64,000 bases of DNA. Origin: Neophaeotheca triangularis (taxonomy: Eukaryota). Under the pieces are notes generated by a model. The model was not told the DNA's origin and ran no database searches. It saw only the letters and a program-made list of their open reading frames with translations. The stretch spans positions 124,001-188,000 of the forward strand of contig BAAIJX010000040.1 in NCBI GenBank assembly GCA_054600435.1, read 5' to 3'. The translations under genes were made by a program, and so were the position numbers. Shown here in pieces: positions 47,697 through 58,732 of the stretch; within the stretch, counting starts at the first letter, position 1, and the number at the start of each line of letters is the position of its first letter.

Positions 47697-49379
47697 TCAC
47701 AACTTTGCCTTCCCACTCCTACCCTCCCACTCCCCAACCCTCCTTTCACTCGCCCTCTTCTCCCTCCCCACACTCTCCCTCACCTCCTCCTCCCTCGTCG
47801 CCTCTTCAGCCCACTGACTCAAATAGCCGACAGTCTCGCGGTACATTTCGCGCTTGAGCTCGCCGTAGACGGACTTGCCGCTCGCGCTCGGCTGCGCCTT
47901 TTGCACCAGCTTCATCTCATCAATGTAAGCTAGAGTTTCCGGGAGCAGGCCGAGGTGGTCTACCAGACCTGATTTCAGGGCGTCGAGGGCCTAGGGTGCT
48001 GTCAGAGGAGTGGATAAATCGAAACATGCAAAGGCTAGGAAGCAAAAGAGATTGAACGAGTCGGCATCATGCGGAGAAGTTGCTACGCCGTCGCTAGACC
48101 GGTGGCATATTGGGGGACGGGGCGAAGATGGGAGAAGGAAGCTTACCCCGAACCGCGCAGCTTCAAGCACACACCTCCGATAAACATCTGGAGCCAACTT
48201 TTCCCTGAACACGCTACTCATAGCGGGCCTCAACGGCACGCCCAGCTCCAGCTCGTTCAAACAAAGATACCCCCGATCGGGATTCATGACGCGGTAATCG
48301 TGCATCATGGCCAACATAAGAGCGCCGGCGAAAGCATGGCCGTTCATTAAAGCAATCGTCGGCATTGGGAAGGTTAGAAGTCGTTTCCACAGAGCGTAGA
48401 GGGTGCTGGGGAAGAAGCCGGGGGTGAAGGAGGCGTGGGAGAGATCCAGGCCGTTGGAGTAGAATTTCTTGATCGAGCTGGTTGTGATTACTACGCCCGG
48501 GGGGTGGCGGTGGGCGATTATGTCTAGGGCGAGGTGGAGGGTGTTGCAAAAGGCCTATTGAGGGGATGGGGTGTTAGCTTGGGTAACTTTCGTAGGTTTG
48601 CGCGTGTGTGCTAGGTTGAATGTGGTGTTTAGGGGCTGTCTGGTAGGTCCATGGGGTTCTCAAGGCAATCTCTGGGGGGTTGGATGATAGTGTCGTTGGA
48701 TAGTTCTCGAGTGAAACTGTTCCGAAACCGCCGTTCTCGTGGTGATTCTGATTCCGTAAGACGGCGAGAGCGTGTCGTAACGACCAATGGAGTCAAACGA
48801 CTGGTTTCGCAGGTTGCAGTCCCAGAGTCCACCAAGGCCGAACCACTGCACTCGCAACCCCTGACCGTCGATGCCTGGACCGCTCTCCGATCTTTCCATA
48901 TCCCGATCCCGACATCCTTTTCCAATTCTTCACACCCAGCAGTCAGCGCCCTTTGCCCCACTATCCTACCACAACCGAGCCCGTCCAACATCTACCAAAC
49001 CAAACCTCACATCCCGCTCCATCCCCATCTCCAACCCACACTTAAGCCCACAATCGGCAAGCCCCGGTCCCCAGTCACCATTTCCAAATCCCAAATCCCA
49101 CAACTCAAATCCCCAAGTCCAATCCCTAGACCCAAAACCCCACCCCACCAAGACCAAACCCCCGAAAGGAGAAAAGACGAAAGAACCAGGAAAAAAAAAA
49201 GAAAAAAAAAAGAAACTCACACTAGTCAACCGATTATCCCCCCCACTCGCAAACTCGACCAAATAAACGCCGGACGCCGGTTTGGAGACGACGATTTTCC
49301 CAGCCGGATCCGCCGTCTCGCTGCCATCGGGGACGATGGGGAGGGTGAAGAGGGGTTTCGAGGTGTTGGCGGTGGACAT
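47697..49379 (-). CDS. Peroxisomal enoyl-CoA hydratase/isomerase (crotonase) family protein, ~286 aa; exons 49379-49221, 48554-48147, 47990-47697
   Basis: DNRLT|AFC, KFYSNGLDL, MPTIALMNGHAFAGALMLAMMHDYR, LCLNELELG. PTS1-type C-terminal AKL. Introns of 666 and 156 nt with canonical ends. Confidence 0.88.
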
Positions 49380-50542
49380 GTTGGTGTCTCGGGGATGGGG
49401 TTCAGAGGGGCGGGGTTTCTGGGATTCAGGAGGGGGGTTCGGGGATTGTGAGGGAGATGTTGGGTCGCTCTATGGGGATGGGGTGGAGGGTTCTGACTGG
49501 GTCGGATGAGGTGGGATGGGGTGGGTTGTTTTTTACTTAGGTGGTTAGAGGGTAATCAGTTGGCGTTCCTTGGGACATGTAACTTGGGTGTTGTTTTGTG
49601 TGAGACCTGATGATGATGATGATGATGTCTTACCAACGCTACAGCCGAGGTATGTACTTGAAATAAAAGTGGGACTCGGACGTCTTTTGGCTTTCACATG
49701 CAGCGCACCAATTCTTCGTTCAAACGTCGAGGTCGGCGGCTTTCAAATTCTTTAGGCTTCGGGTTTGGTTGGTAATGACCCTTCGATACATACCTTTAGT
49801 CAAAGCACGGTAGGCATTGACCGTACGTGATTAAAGAGGTAGACCTCGCGAATCATGGAAGAAGCGGAACGCATTCTTGATTGGTGTAGGTCAGCACCCC
49901 TTGCTCATAGAGAATAAGAACCTTGGAAACCAGTTGATTGGGGGACGGGGCTGTGAGACATCACGTCGCGACGTAAACAAGGTATACTGGTTTGAAACAC
50001 TCATTTCCTCTACTTGTCGGATTGGTCCCTACGTGAATCTCACACATAAACTCAGCTGGAATAAGAACAAGTACCCCTTCCGACCGTCCTCAAAGCGCAA
50101 GGAGAGACGGGTTCAGATCCACGATATCGGTGCTCTCAGCACAGTCCATACACCCGTATACCGAGCCGTCCGGCAAGAATGACATCGCTAGGTTTCATCA
50201 GTTCGTCAGGCGCTGAGTAGACTCAGATCGTGCAAATAATTCTATTCAAGACGAAGAAAGCTGTGTTGCAGGCGCTGCTATCTACCTGCACTCTTTCCCA
50301 CGTTCCTCCCTGCCTTGGTTCCCCCACTTCCAGCACCCATCATCTTTTCAAGATCTCCTCGATATTGCCCGCTCCTGCTGCCTCCAAATCCCATGCCATC
50401 CACCGTCCTCCATCACAACGCATCGTTCATGCCGTTTCCCATGCCATGCCACGCCATCCCTCACCCTAACCCCTTTTACCCCCAACCCCCCATGTCCCCA
50501 TCTCCTCACACCTCAACCCTTTCAACCCAAGCAGTCTCCAAT

Positions 50543-53374
50543 CTAAGCAGTCTCCAGACTCCACCCCCCAATCTCCTCCAACTCCCTGTCCCCGGCGGCG
50601 AAATCCCACCCCACAATCACCTTATTCTGGCTACAGCACACGATGCGACGGGTATCAAACTGTAGTTTGAAAACTCTGTTCGATTCGCGGAGGGGGTTTT
50701 GTTGTACAGCGGCTGCTGCTGCTGCTGCGGGGGTGGGGCCTTGGGCTGGGATGGGATGTTGGTGTTGGTTTTGGTTTTGATTTTGGGCTTGGTTGGGCTG
50801 GGCTTGTTGTTGCCATTGGGCTAGGTTTGCTTGGAACTGGGCTTGGCCTTGGACTTGTTGTTGGGACAGAGCGGCGTTGGCGTTGGCGTTGGCGTTGGGC
50901 ATTCCCGGTCCGTTCGTGTTCGCGCTCGCGGTAGCTGCGCTGGCTGTGGCGTTGTTATTGACGGCAGCTGCACCGCCGCCGTTCAGAGTACCGTGGTGAT
51001 GGTAGTGATGGTGGTGATGGTGATGATGCGGCCCACTGCCCGCTGCTGGATTCCCGTTGGGCTGCTGATGCGCGGCTTGTGGGTTTGCGACGTTGACGTT
51101 ACCATTGCTGCCGTCTGCACTGGTTTGCTGTGCCGCTTGTTGCTCGCTCAGTGCGCGCTGCGAAATGTCGAGCTGATGCTGCAGCTGCGTGCGCATATTA
51201 AGGAGTTGGTTTTGTGCGGCATGCTGGGCCAGGGGGCCGGCGTCTGCCACGGCGGCAGGGAGAATCGGAGGGTTGGGCTGATGAGCGGGTTGTTGGGGTT
51301 GTGGACCGGCATTGCGAGGACCCCGTCGGAGGTCTTGTTGTAGCTTGTGTTTGGGCAGCCATTTGCCGTCGGCATCGCGTTTCCAGACGATGACAGTTTC
51401 GTCGTAGGAGCCAGAGACGATGCGGGACCAACGGCTACCGCCACCGCCTGGAGGAACCACGGTGCCGACCGAGAGCATGTCTTCTGGCCGGCTAGAGCCT
51501 GCGTTGCGAAGAGCGCGACGGGAAGGTGCCGCCGGTTGCATTCCGCCGTCGAGGGCGCGGAAAAAGCGCTTATCGGCTAGTCTTGCTTCGGCTTCGAGTT
51601 CTCTATCGGTGGTGGTTTCAAGGTCGCCGAAACGCGCTTGTACAGTGCGGACTAGATTGTTGTGACCAACCAAGCACGCGAGTTCAGCGACTTTATTGGC
51701 GTCGAAGATGCGCACTGTGTTGTCCGAAGATCCCGAGACGATGCGTCTGCCGTCGTATTGCACACATGCTATGCCTTTGGTGTGTCCTGGGTAGTTCTTT
51801 TGTTGCTTGCCGGATTTGATGTCCCAAGATTTAATGGTACGGTCGCCGGAAGCCGAGACGATGGTATTTTCGTGAATCATGACCGCATTCACGGCTGCCA
51901 TGTGCCCTTCGAGACGGTAGAGGAGAGTGTATGGTGGAAGTGGACTGACGTCAGTCTCCATGCTGAATTGTTGGAGTGCGGGTGTCGGTATAAGTGGTGA
52001 GTCGCGAGCAATCTCCCTCCTGTTCCAGAGTTTAATCTTCTTGTCTTTGGAGCAAGTCACAATGTAACGGTCGTCGAAGCGCAGATTGAGCACCGACTCG
52101 TCGTGGGCTGTTGTCATTTTCTTGATGATTTCGCCCGTAGAAAAACGCCAAATGATCACCCAGCTGTCACTTCCTCCCGAAACGATGATGTCGTGTTCTG
52201 GCCTCTCATCGAATTGCAGGCATAGCACACTAGCTTCGTGCCCTTGAAGTGGCGGCCTAGCTAGCCGACAGGTATCCATGTCCCAAATACGAATCGTCTT
52301 ATCCCGGCTCCCGCTTACCAAGTGTTTGGCCGAGTGCTGGATGGTGTATACGCATTCCTGATGTCCTTCGTTCGGATGACTTGGGTGAGGCAGTCGGAAA
52401 GGCGTACACTTACCCTCATCCCAGTTCTTCTCTAATCGCCTGCGCTGCTTGTAGAGATATGGCCAGGACAGCTTCGGATTGTCTAGATCGGGTTGAAACG
52501 GCAATGGCGCAACCTGAACATGCGACTGATCAATGATTGTGGCAGCCTCGTATGACCTTTGCGCGTCAGCCGCTTCCTTGGAACTCTCCTCGCGCACCTC
52601 CGTAACCGTCTTCTCAACCCCAACCATCTCGTCGCTGTCGCCCTGTGCCTGTTCAGCTCGTTCAGCTCCGTTGCCAGCCGGTATCCTCTGCACCCAAGTT
52701 TGCGCCTGAGGGGCAGCATGAGCCGCCTGAGAAGACGAGGAAGGCTCGCCATCTTCAAAAGCCTCACCTACCCGCCTCTTCCTGCTCGTAGACCTAGTCA
52801 ACCCCAGCGACGACTCCTCTGGCAGCGGCGGTTCTTCGCGTATGTGCTTCGCCATGGTCTCATAAACCCTCATCTTCTCCTTGTCCAACTTCCAGCCCTC
52901 TCTTGCAAAACATTGCCTCCATAACCTCTGATCCTGCGTTCGCACATGCCACTGTCTTGACACACTTGCCGCTCTCAAGATTTCCTTTGGAGTGAGGCGG
53001 GAGAAGATGTCCAAGACCAGCTCATTCGGCAGGTAGTTGACGGGATCGAAGAAACAAAGGTTCTTTAGTTTGTCTTGGAGCCTTGCAATGGAAGAGACGG
53101 GCAGTTGCGATCCGAGAGTGTAGGCCAGATGCTCTAGATCAGTACCACTAAGGACACCTGCGCGCGCGACGATGTCGTTGATGAGGGTGGTGGTGGCATC
53201 GTGGGCGGTGTTCATACTGGTGTCGGACTGACTGCGTGTGTCTTCGGAGTAGCCCTCATCCAGATTTGAAGGGGTGCGTCGAGCGTGGAGTGACGACGAC
53301 GATGGCAGTTCGGCATGCATGTTGGGGTGGTTTAGAGGAGGCGCAGAAGGATTGTCGCGCAGGGGCGAAGCCAT
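50543..53374 (-). CDS. FWD1: F-box/WD40 protein, beta-TrCP/FWD-1/Pof11-like SCF substrate adaptor (~943 aa)
   Basis: F-box DPVNYLPNELVLDIFSRL...VSRQW; WD repeats LVSGSRDKTIRIWD, GHEASVLCLQFD, IVSASGDRTIKSW, GIACVQYDGRRIVSGSSDNTVRIF, RVFKLQFD. First in-frame ATG at 53374. Confidence 0.88.
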   Translation of the reverse strand: MASPLRDNPSAPPLNHPNMHAELPSSSSLHARRTPSNLDEGYSEDTRSQSDTSMNTAHDATTTLINDIVARAGVLSGTDLEHLAYTLGSQLPVSSIARLQDKLKNLCFFDPVNYLPNELVLDIFSRLTPKEILRAASVSRQWHVRTQDQRLWRQCFAREGWKLDKEKMRVYETMAKHIREEPPLPEESSLGLTRSTSRKRRVGEAFEDGEPSSSSQAAHAAPQAQTWVQRIPAGNGAERAEQAQGDSDEMVGVEKTVTEVREESSKEAADAQRSYEAATIIDQSHVQVAPLPFQPDLDNPKLSWPYLYKQRRRLEKNWDEGKCTPFRLPHPSHPNEGHQECVYTIQHSAKHLVSGSRDKTIRIWDMDTCRLARPPLQGHEASVLCLQFDERPEHDIIVSGGSDSWVIIWRFSTGEIIKKMTTAHDESVLNLRFDDRYIVTCSKDKKIKLWNRREIARDSPLIPTPALQQFSMETDVSPLPPYTLLYRLEGHMAAVNAVMIHENTIVSASGDRTIKSWDIKSGKQQKNYPGHTKGIACVQYDGRRIVSGSSDNTVRIFDANKVAELACLVGHNNLVRTVQARFGDLETTTDRELEAEARLADKRFFRALDGGMQPAAPSRRALRNAGSSRPEDMLSVGTVVPPGGGGSRWSRIVSGSYDETVIVWKRDADGKWLPKHKLQQDLRRGPRNAGPQPQQPAHQPNPPILPAAVADAGPLAQHAAQNQLLNMRTQLQHQLDISQRALSEQQAAQQTSADGSNGNVNVANPQAAHQQPNGNPAAGSGPHHHHHHHHYHHHGTLNGGGAAAVNNNATASAATASANTNGPGMPNANANANAALSQQQVQGQAQFQANLAQWQQQAQPNQAQNQNQNQHQHPIPAQGPTPAAAAAAAVQQNPLRESNRVFKLQFDTRRIVCCSQNKVIVGWDFAAGDRELEEIGGWSLETA

Positions 53375-55387
53375 GTCGTATGACTTGTGGGAGTATGTCT
53401 TGCTTGAGTCTTCACGTGGCCGTCCGATTTGTGCCAAGGGTGGGTGTCAGAAGGTTGTCGTTGATACGGTAGAGGTCAGGGAGTCATGTCGCGCTGAGGG
53501 AATCGGGTGGGCGAATGAGTAGGTAGTGTAGAGAAGAGGTGGTCTGTAAGTGTGGCAGTAGTGGGGGAGAGGGCTGGAAGAGGTTGTATTGCTACTACTA
53601 GAAGACCCGCGACAATAACAAGAGCGAGCGTATCCTTTCTACCTACCTAAGGTAGGTATGTAAGTGAAGGTGGCTCGCCAGCTCGCGGTTAGGTCATTAC
53701 AAGTAAGGTAAGTTAAGGTAGACAACGGATGTCCCTTCTGGGACTAGCGCCGGATGTTTCCGGTGGCAGAAGCATGGATTCCTTACCTCCGTACCTACTA
53801 GTAGTAGGTAGGGATGGAGGAACATACTCCAAGCTGCTAGGTAGTACTAATGTATGTATTCACGGGTACAGTAGTAGTACTAAAGAATTTTACATGGACG
53901 GGCAAGCTTCTTCTCAACGCGGCAATTGATGTTGACGGGTGTTTGATATTCGGGTGACACATGACAATGGGTTCAAAGTCTCTGCACCGCTGTAGCATGT
54001 GTAGACTAGGTACCTACTGCAGCATATAGGAACGGTGAATCTCCGGAAAGACGGTGGAATTAACTGGCAATAATAAATACCTAGGTAATAATGGAATGCT
54101 GCGTGTCGTTGCTGCACCGTCATACCATCATGTGTGATTCGGCATACTGTGGCTACTTCTACTGCAGGGCAGGGGAAAAGGAGTGAGTACCAAAGTGTCT
54201 ACCTAATAAGTACTATGTACTATTAGTACTAGGGTCTCTACGGGTGTCCAAGGGGCGCCACACTGTTACTGTTACAGTGCCGAAGCAAATCACCTGCATA
54301 ATGTCACACGTGCCGGGAAAGAATAGGTACTGTAGGTACTGGTACGGTTAAGGAGATGCTAGTACACGCCGGCCATGGAGAATAGGAGATTATTATTATC
54401 AAGAGGGTTTGACACGACTTAAAGGTATTAACTTGTGATAACTAGTAGATAGTTTGGTAGTAAAACCAAAGCCATCCATGCTCGCGCCGAACCGCTTTCT
54501 GTTGTGTGTCTTTGCTCCTCCCCTCTCTCCACCACTAGCACTGGGTACTAGTACTACTCTCTCTCCCTCCCACTCCCGCTCCACCCTTTGCCTGTCCAGT
54601 GTCCACCTAAAGCCAACACTACTACGAGGTACCTCCTAGGTACTACTACTACTACTAGTACTGCTCGGTCCTTGACTCTCTGCCTCAGAAAGTGGCCGCG
54701 AGTACAACCTTCTTGACTCTCATCTTCACACTTGCCCCATAGCCAGCGACCCGCCGTCTAACCTACCTCTTACCTCCACCACAAGCTGCCGCCTCCCTCC
54801 CTTCCTGATCGTCCACCACCACCACCACCACCACCACCACCGCCTGCCTCTCCCCCCTCCCCCCTCCCTCCCTACCTCCCTACCTACCTCATCTAGCCCC
54901 GAGATTATCTTGCACCGACCATCTCAGGCTATCACTCTCGCCGCCAAAGATCCCCCCTCACCGACTTACTTCCCTTGAATCCACACTACTTGCCGACCGA
55001 CCCCATACTACCCGTACCTTACTGTGCACTCCAGCCATTGTTCAGTAGTAACCTTCTTTGACCCCGCCGACCTGTCATCCCTTCCAAGCCACAGCTTCGG
55101 GCCTCGATCCGCCGTCCATTGTTCACCACTTCCACCCCCGACCATTTCCATTCGCCCCAAACAAAGAAAACCCGACCCTTCCCACCTCGGCGCACCCGAG
55201 ACGCGCGCACATGGCAGTGCAGACGTAGTAGCGCCGCCCGCCTCACGTGCGACTCCGCGACATGGACGTAGCCACGCTCGGCAACAACTCAGGATTCGGC
55301 CTCGCCAATTCACGCGCACCTTTCGCCTCACGTGGTAGTGGTACTAATAGGCAGGAATCCGCCGCGAGGCTTCAACAAACCAACAAC

Positions 55388-58300
55388 ATGGCCTCGCAGC
55401 AACACAACCCCTCACCACTTCTTCATTCGAGGAACAACACCAGCTCAAATTACAGCATGCAGAGTCAACCGAGCAGTAGGAGCTCCGACACCACTCAGGG
55501 AACCGCTCACTCGACTCTGTTCCCACCGCCTTTGCCGACAAATACACCTGGTGTGCCACAAGGCAATGGCGCCGGCGGCAACAATGGCGACGTCACCGCG
55601 ACAGACAACATCATGAACTCTGTAGGCGATGCGAAGCGCTCACTCTTCCAGATTTGCGTTACATTGCGCCTGCGACTATCCGGAGTGTCTGGGTTTGAAG
55701 AGTCGGTGGTGGAAGAGGAGCAAGAGGCGGACGAGGAGCTAGATCCCGTTTCATTGTTGTGGAGGACATTCAGAAAAGGACACCCGCTCATCTTACTGTT
55801 CAACACCCTGAAACCTGATGCGCCCATCCAGGCCCCCAACAACGGAGTGAAGAGGGACAAAATGGGCAAGGCTTCGTCTTTCAAGTTCGTCCAAGCATGC
55901 ATGGACAAGCTAAAGTTTGAAGCCGACGATTGCTTCATCATGCAAGATCTCTACGGCGATGACACTACAGGCTTTGTCAAAGTCGTCCGCGTGGTTGCAC
56001 GGGTCCTGGATCTCCTAATACAAGACAACCTCATCGAAGACATGCGCCAGTCTGCACCGGATGCTGCCAACGCCGACAAATCTCTGAAGCGCACACAACA
56101 GCAACATATCATCAACGAACTTGTGACAACCGAGAGGACATATGTGCAGCATCTCGAGCTGTTGCAGAGGTTCAAAGAGCTGGTGGTGCAGAATAGCGTA
56201 ATACCCGGCGACGCGATTCATGACATCTTCCACAACCTTGACCAAATACTAAACTTTCAGCGTAGATTCTTGATTCGAGTGGAGCAAATCAACGAGCTGA
56301 AGGACAAGGATCAGAACTGGGGCAAACTTTTCGTGAACTGGATGGCCAACTTTCAAGTCTACGAGCCTTATATTGCGAACCAGAAGCGTTGCCAGCGAAC
56401 GGTGGATGCCGAGTTTAACAAGCTCAAGACAGCGGGAGGTTCGAACGAAATGCGGCAGATGGTGGAGAACAATGCTTCGCTGTACGGATTCTTGATGAAG
56501 CCTTTCCAACGCTTGTCCAAATACCCGCTGCTCCTGGGCGATTTGATCAAAAAGGGAGACATGGATGCCGAGAAAACGGCAGATCTGGAAGCTGGAAAGG
56601 CGGCTGCGACACATGTGCTTTCGCTCACCAACGAAGCAGTGGGCAGGGAGGAGAGGGTACTGGCCGTGGAGGATCTCAAGAGTAGGGTCGAGGATTGGAA
56701 GGGACATCGAGTCGAGCAGTTTGGTGATTTGATGCTCTACGGTACTTTCACCGTCGTCAAGAGCGAGGCGATTGCCACCGGGAAAGATGCTGAGCGCCAG
56801 GTGGGCACCGCTGTGATGAGAACGTATGAGGATTTTTACTGACAGCTTTTCTTAGTACCACGTCTACCTTTTCGAGACGATTCTGCTGTGTTGCAAGGAC
56901 ATTGACCCTAGCAAACCGAAGAACAAACTCGCTTCAAAACCGATGGTGGACAAACGGGGCAAACCCAAGCTTCAGCTAAAGGGAAGGATCTTTATGCAGA
57001 ACGTGACAGATCTCATCTCTCTGTCCAAATCAGGTACGGCACAGCTCTATCTTAAAATTTGCACCAATCAAACCGTAAGTAAAATGCTTCCAAAGCACCA
57101 GTGCTGATTGTATTATCCATAGGCTCATATACTTGCCAGATTTTCTGGAAAGGCGACCCGAGCATCGAGAACTTCATCATCAAGTTCAACACAGATAATG
57201 ATCTGAAGACGTGGTCGGCTGCTATAAGTGAACAACGCAGAATACATCAACAACAACAACAACAACAACAACACGCCGACCGATATAGCCACGGTAGTAG
57301 ACATGGTGCAGGCACGAGCGCTACGGAATTCACATTTTTGCACCAAAACAAAGCCGCGCTGCCGAATCCGTACCAGGACCAACAGGACGACGAAGACGAT
57401 GATGAAGCAGAGACGTTGGTAGGAAGTACGGCGCCGAGTGTTACTAGTGGTTATCCCGGCAGAGAACACTCTTATCAAAGTCGCAATGGATCCAACAGTA
57501 GCCTACGGTCGAGGAGCACAACCACAGACAGCAATTCGACTTTGGCTTCGACCGGCGGAAGAGGTCAAACGCCGCGATTTCCCGCTGGTGGACTACCGCA
57601 GCAGGCTCCTCTAACCTTGCGCACAAGAGAACTTCAACAACAGGCCGCTTCTCCCGGCGATAGAGGCGGCGACAGCTATTTCTCCCCGACAGTCGACTCA
57701 CCCATGTCCAGCTCACGCATAAGCTCCAGTTCGGGAGCTCAATACCCTTTCCCTCCCCAACAATATCCGCCCGGAGGACCACAAAACGGCTACTATCAAG
57801 ACAGTCACGGGCATACACGTTATACAGCACCAGCCATGAACCGTCCACCCATGGACCGAAGAGGTGATACGACTCCCTCATCCGTTTCCAATGGCTATGC
57901 GCCTCCCGGCCGCAACGGTCCCGCTCCGCGACCCGGCTATCCCAACAGTAGCGGCCTCCACAGCGCACAAAACATGCCTCAACAAGCCCGAAACCGCTCA
58001 GCAAGCTCCCCAGACATCCACAACTCCCAACGGCGCCAACAACAAGGCGCTAACGCAGGAGCTCCAGGCGGCGCACCCCCAGTTCCCGATGTACCCTTAC
58101 CCTACCAAAACGCCCAAGCCGCCGTCCATAACCCAGGGACTGCCCACCTCATCTCCCGCAGCCAATCCAATTCTCCCAACCTCCCCCAACAACCAAACCC
58201 ACCCCGCCACCAGCCTTCCCGCGACTCTTCCCGCTCCTACACGCGCCAACCATCCGACCCCTACGACCGCACCGCCCAACCCACCCCAATAACAAGTTCG

Positions 58301-58732
58301 CGCTCCGTCACCCCTTCAAGCAACACAAGCGTGCGAACAGCCTTCTCTCCGCCCCCAGCCCTCCCCTACGATACCGACGGGCCGCCACCCCAACAAACGA
58401 CCCCAACCCAACTCAGAGTCAAAGTCAACGTCGCCGACAACAAAATACCGCAAATCCTAACTCTCGTCGTCCCCATCAGCATCTCCTATCAGTCGCTCAA
58501 AGACCGCATAGAGGCGAAGTTACAACGCTCGGCGCCGAGCTGTACTCTTAGTTTCGGCAGTAACAATGGAGGTGCAGGGCAAGCCAAGTTGAAATACTAT
58601 GACGAGGGCGATTATGTCAGTATTCAGAGCGATGAGGACGTTGTCAGTGCTTTTGAGAGCTGGAGTGCGGGTGTTGGGGAGGGCGCGGGGGCTGGGGGTA
58701 TGGGTGAGATTGAGCTGTTTTGTCAGCGGTGA
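55388..58732 (+). CDS. CDC24: Rho-family GEF Cdc24/Scd1 (CH-DH-PH-PB1), ~1066 aa; exons 55388-56800, 56856-57033, 57123-58732
   Basis: DLYGDDTTGFVKV (CH), ELVTTERTYVQHLE...KPFQRLSKYPLLL (DH), RVEDWKGH...LQLKGRIFMQNV (PH), KLKYYDEGDYVSIQSDEDV (PB1). An alternative in-frame ATG lies at 55262. Confidence 0.93.

Noticed and set aside
37885..49379. Run of metabolic enzymes as a possible biosynthetic gene cluster
   Set aside because: No backbone enzyme, regulator or coherent pathway, and it is interrupted by a polarity-related gene.
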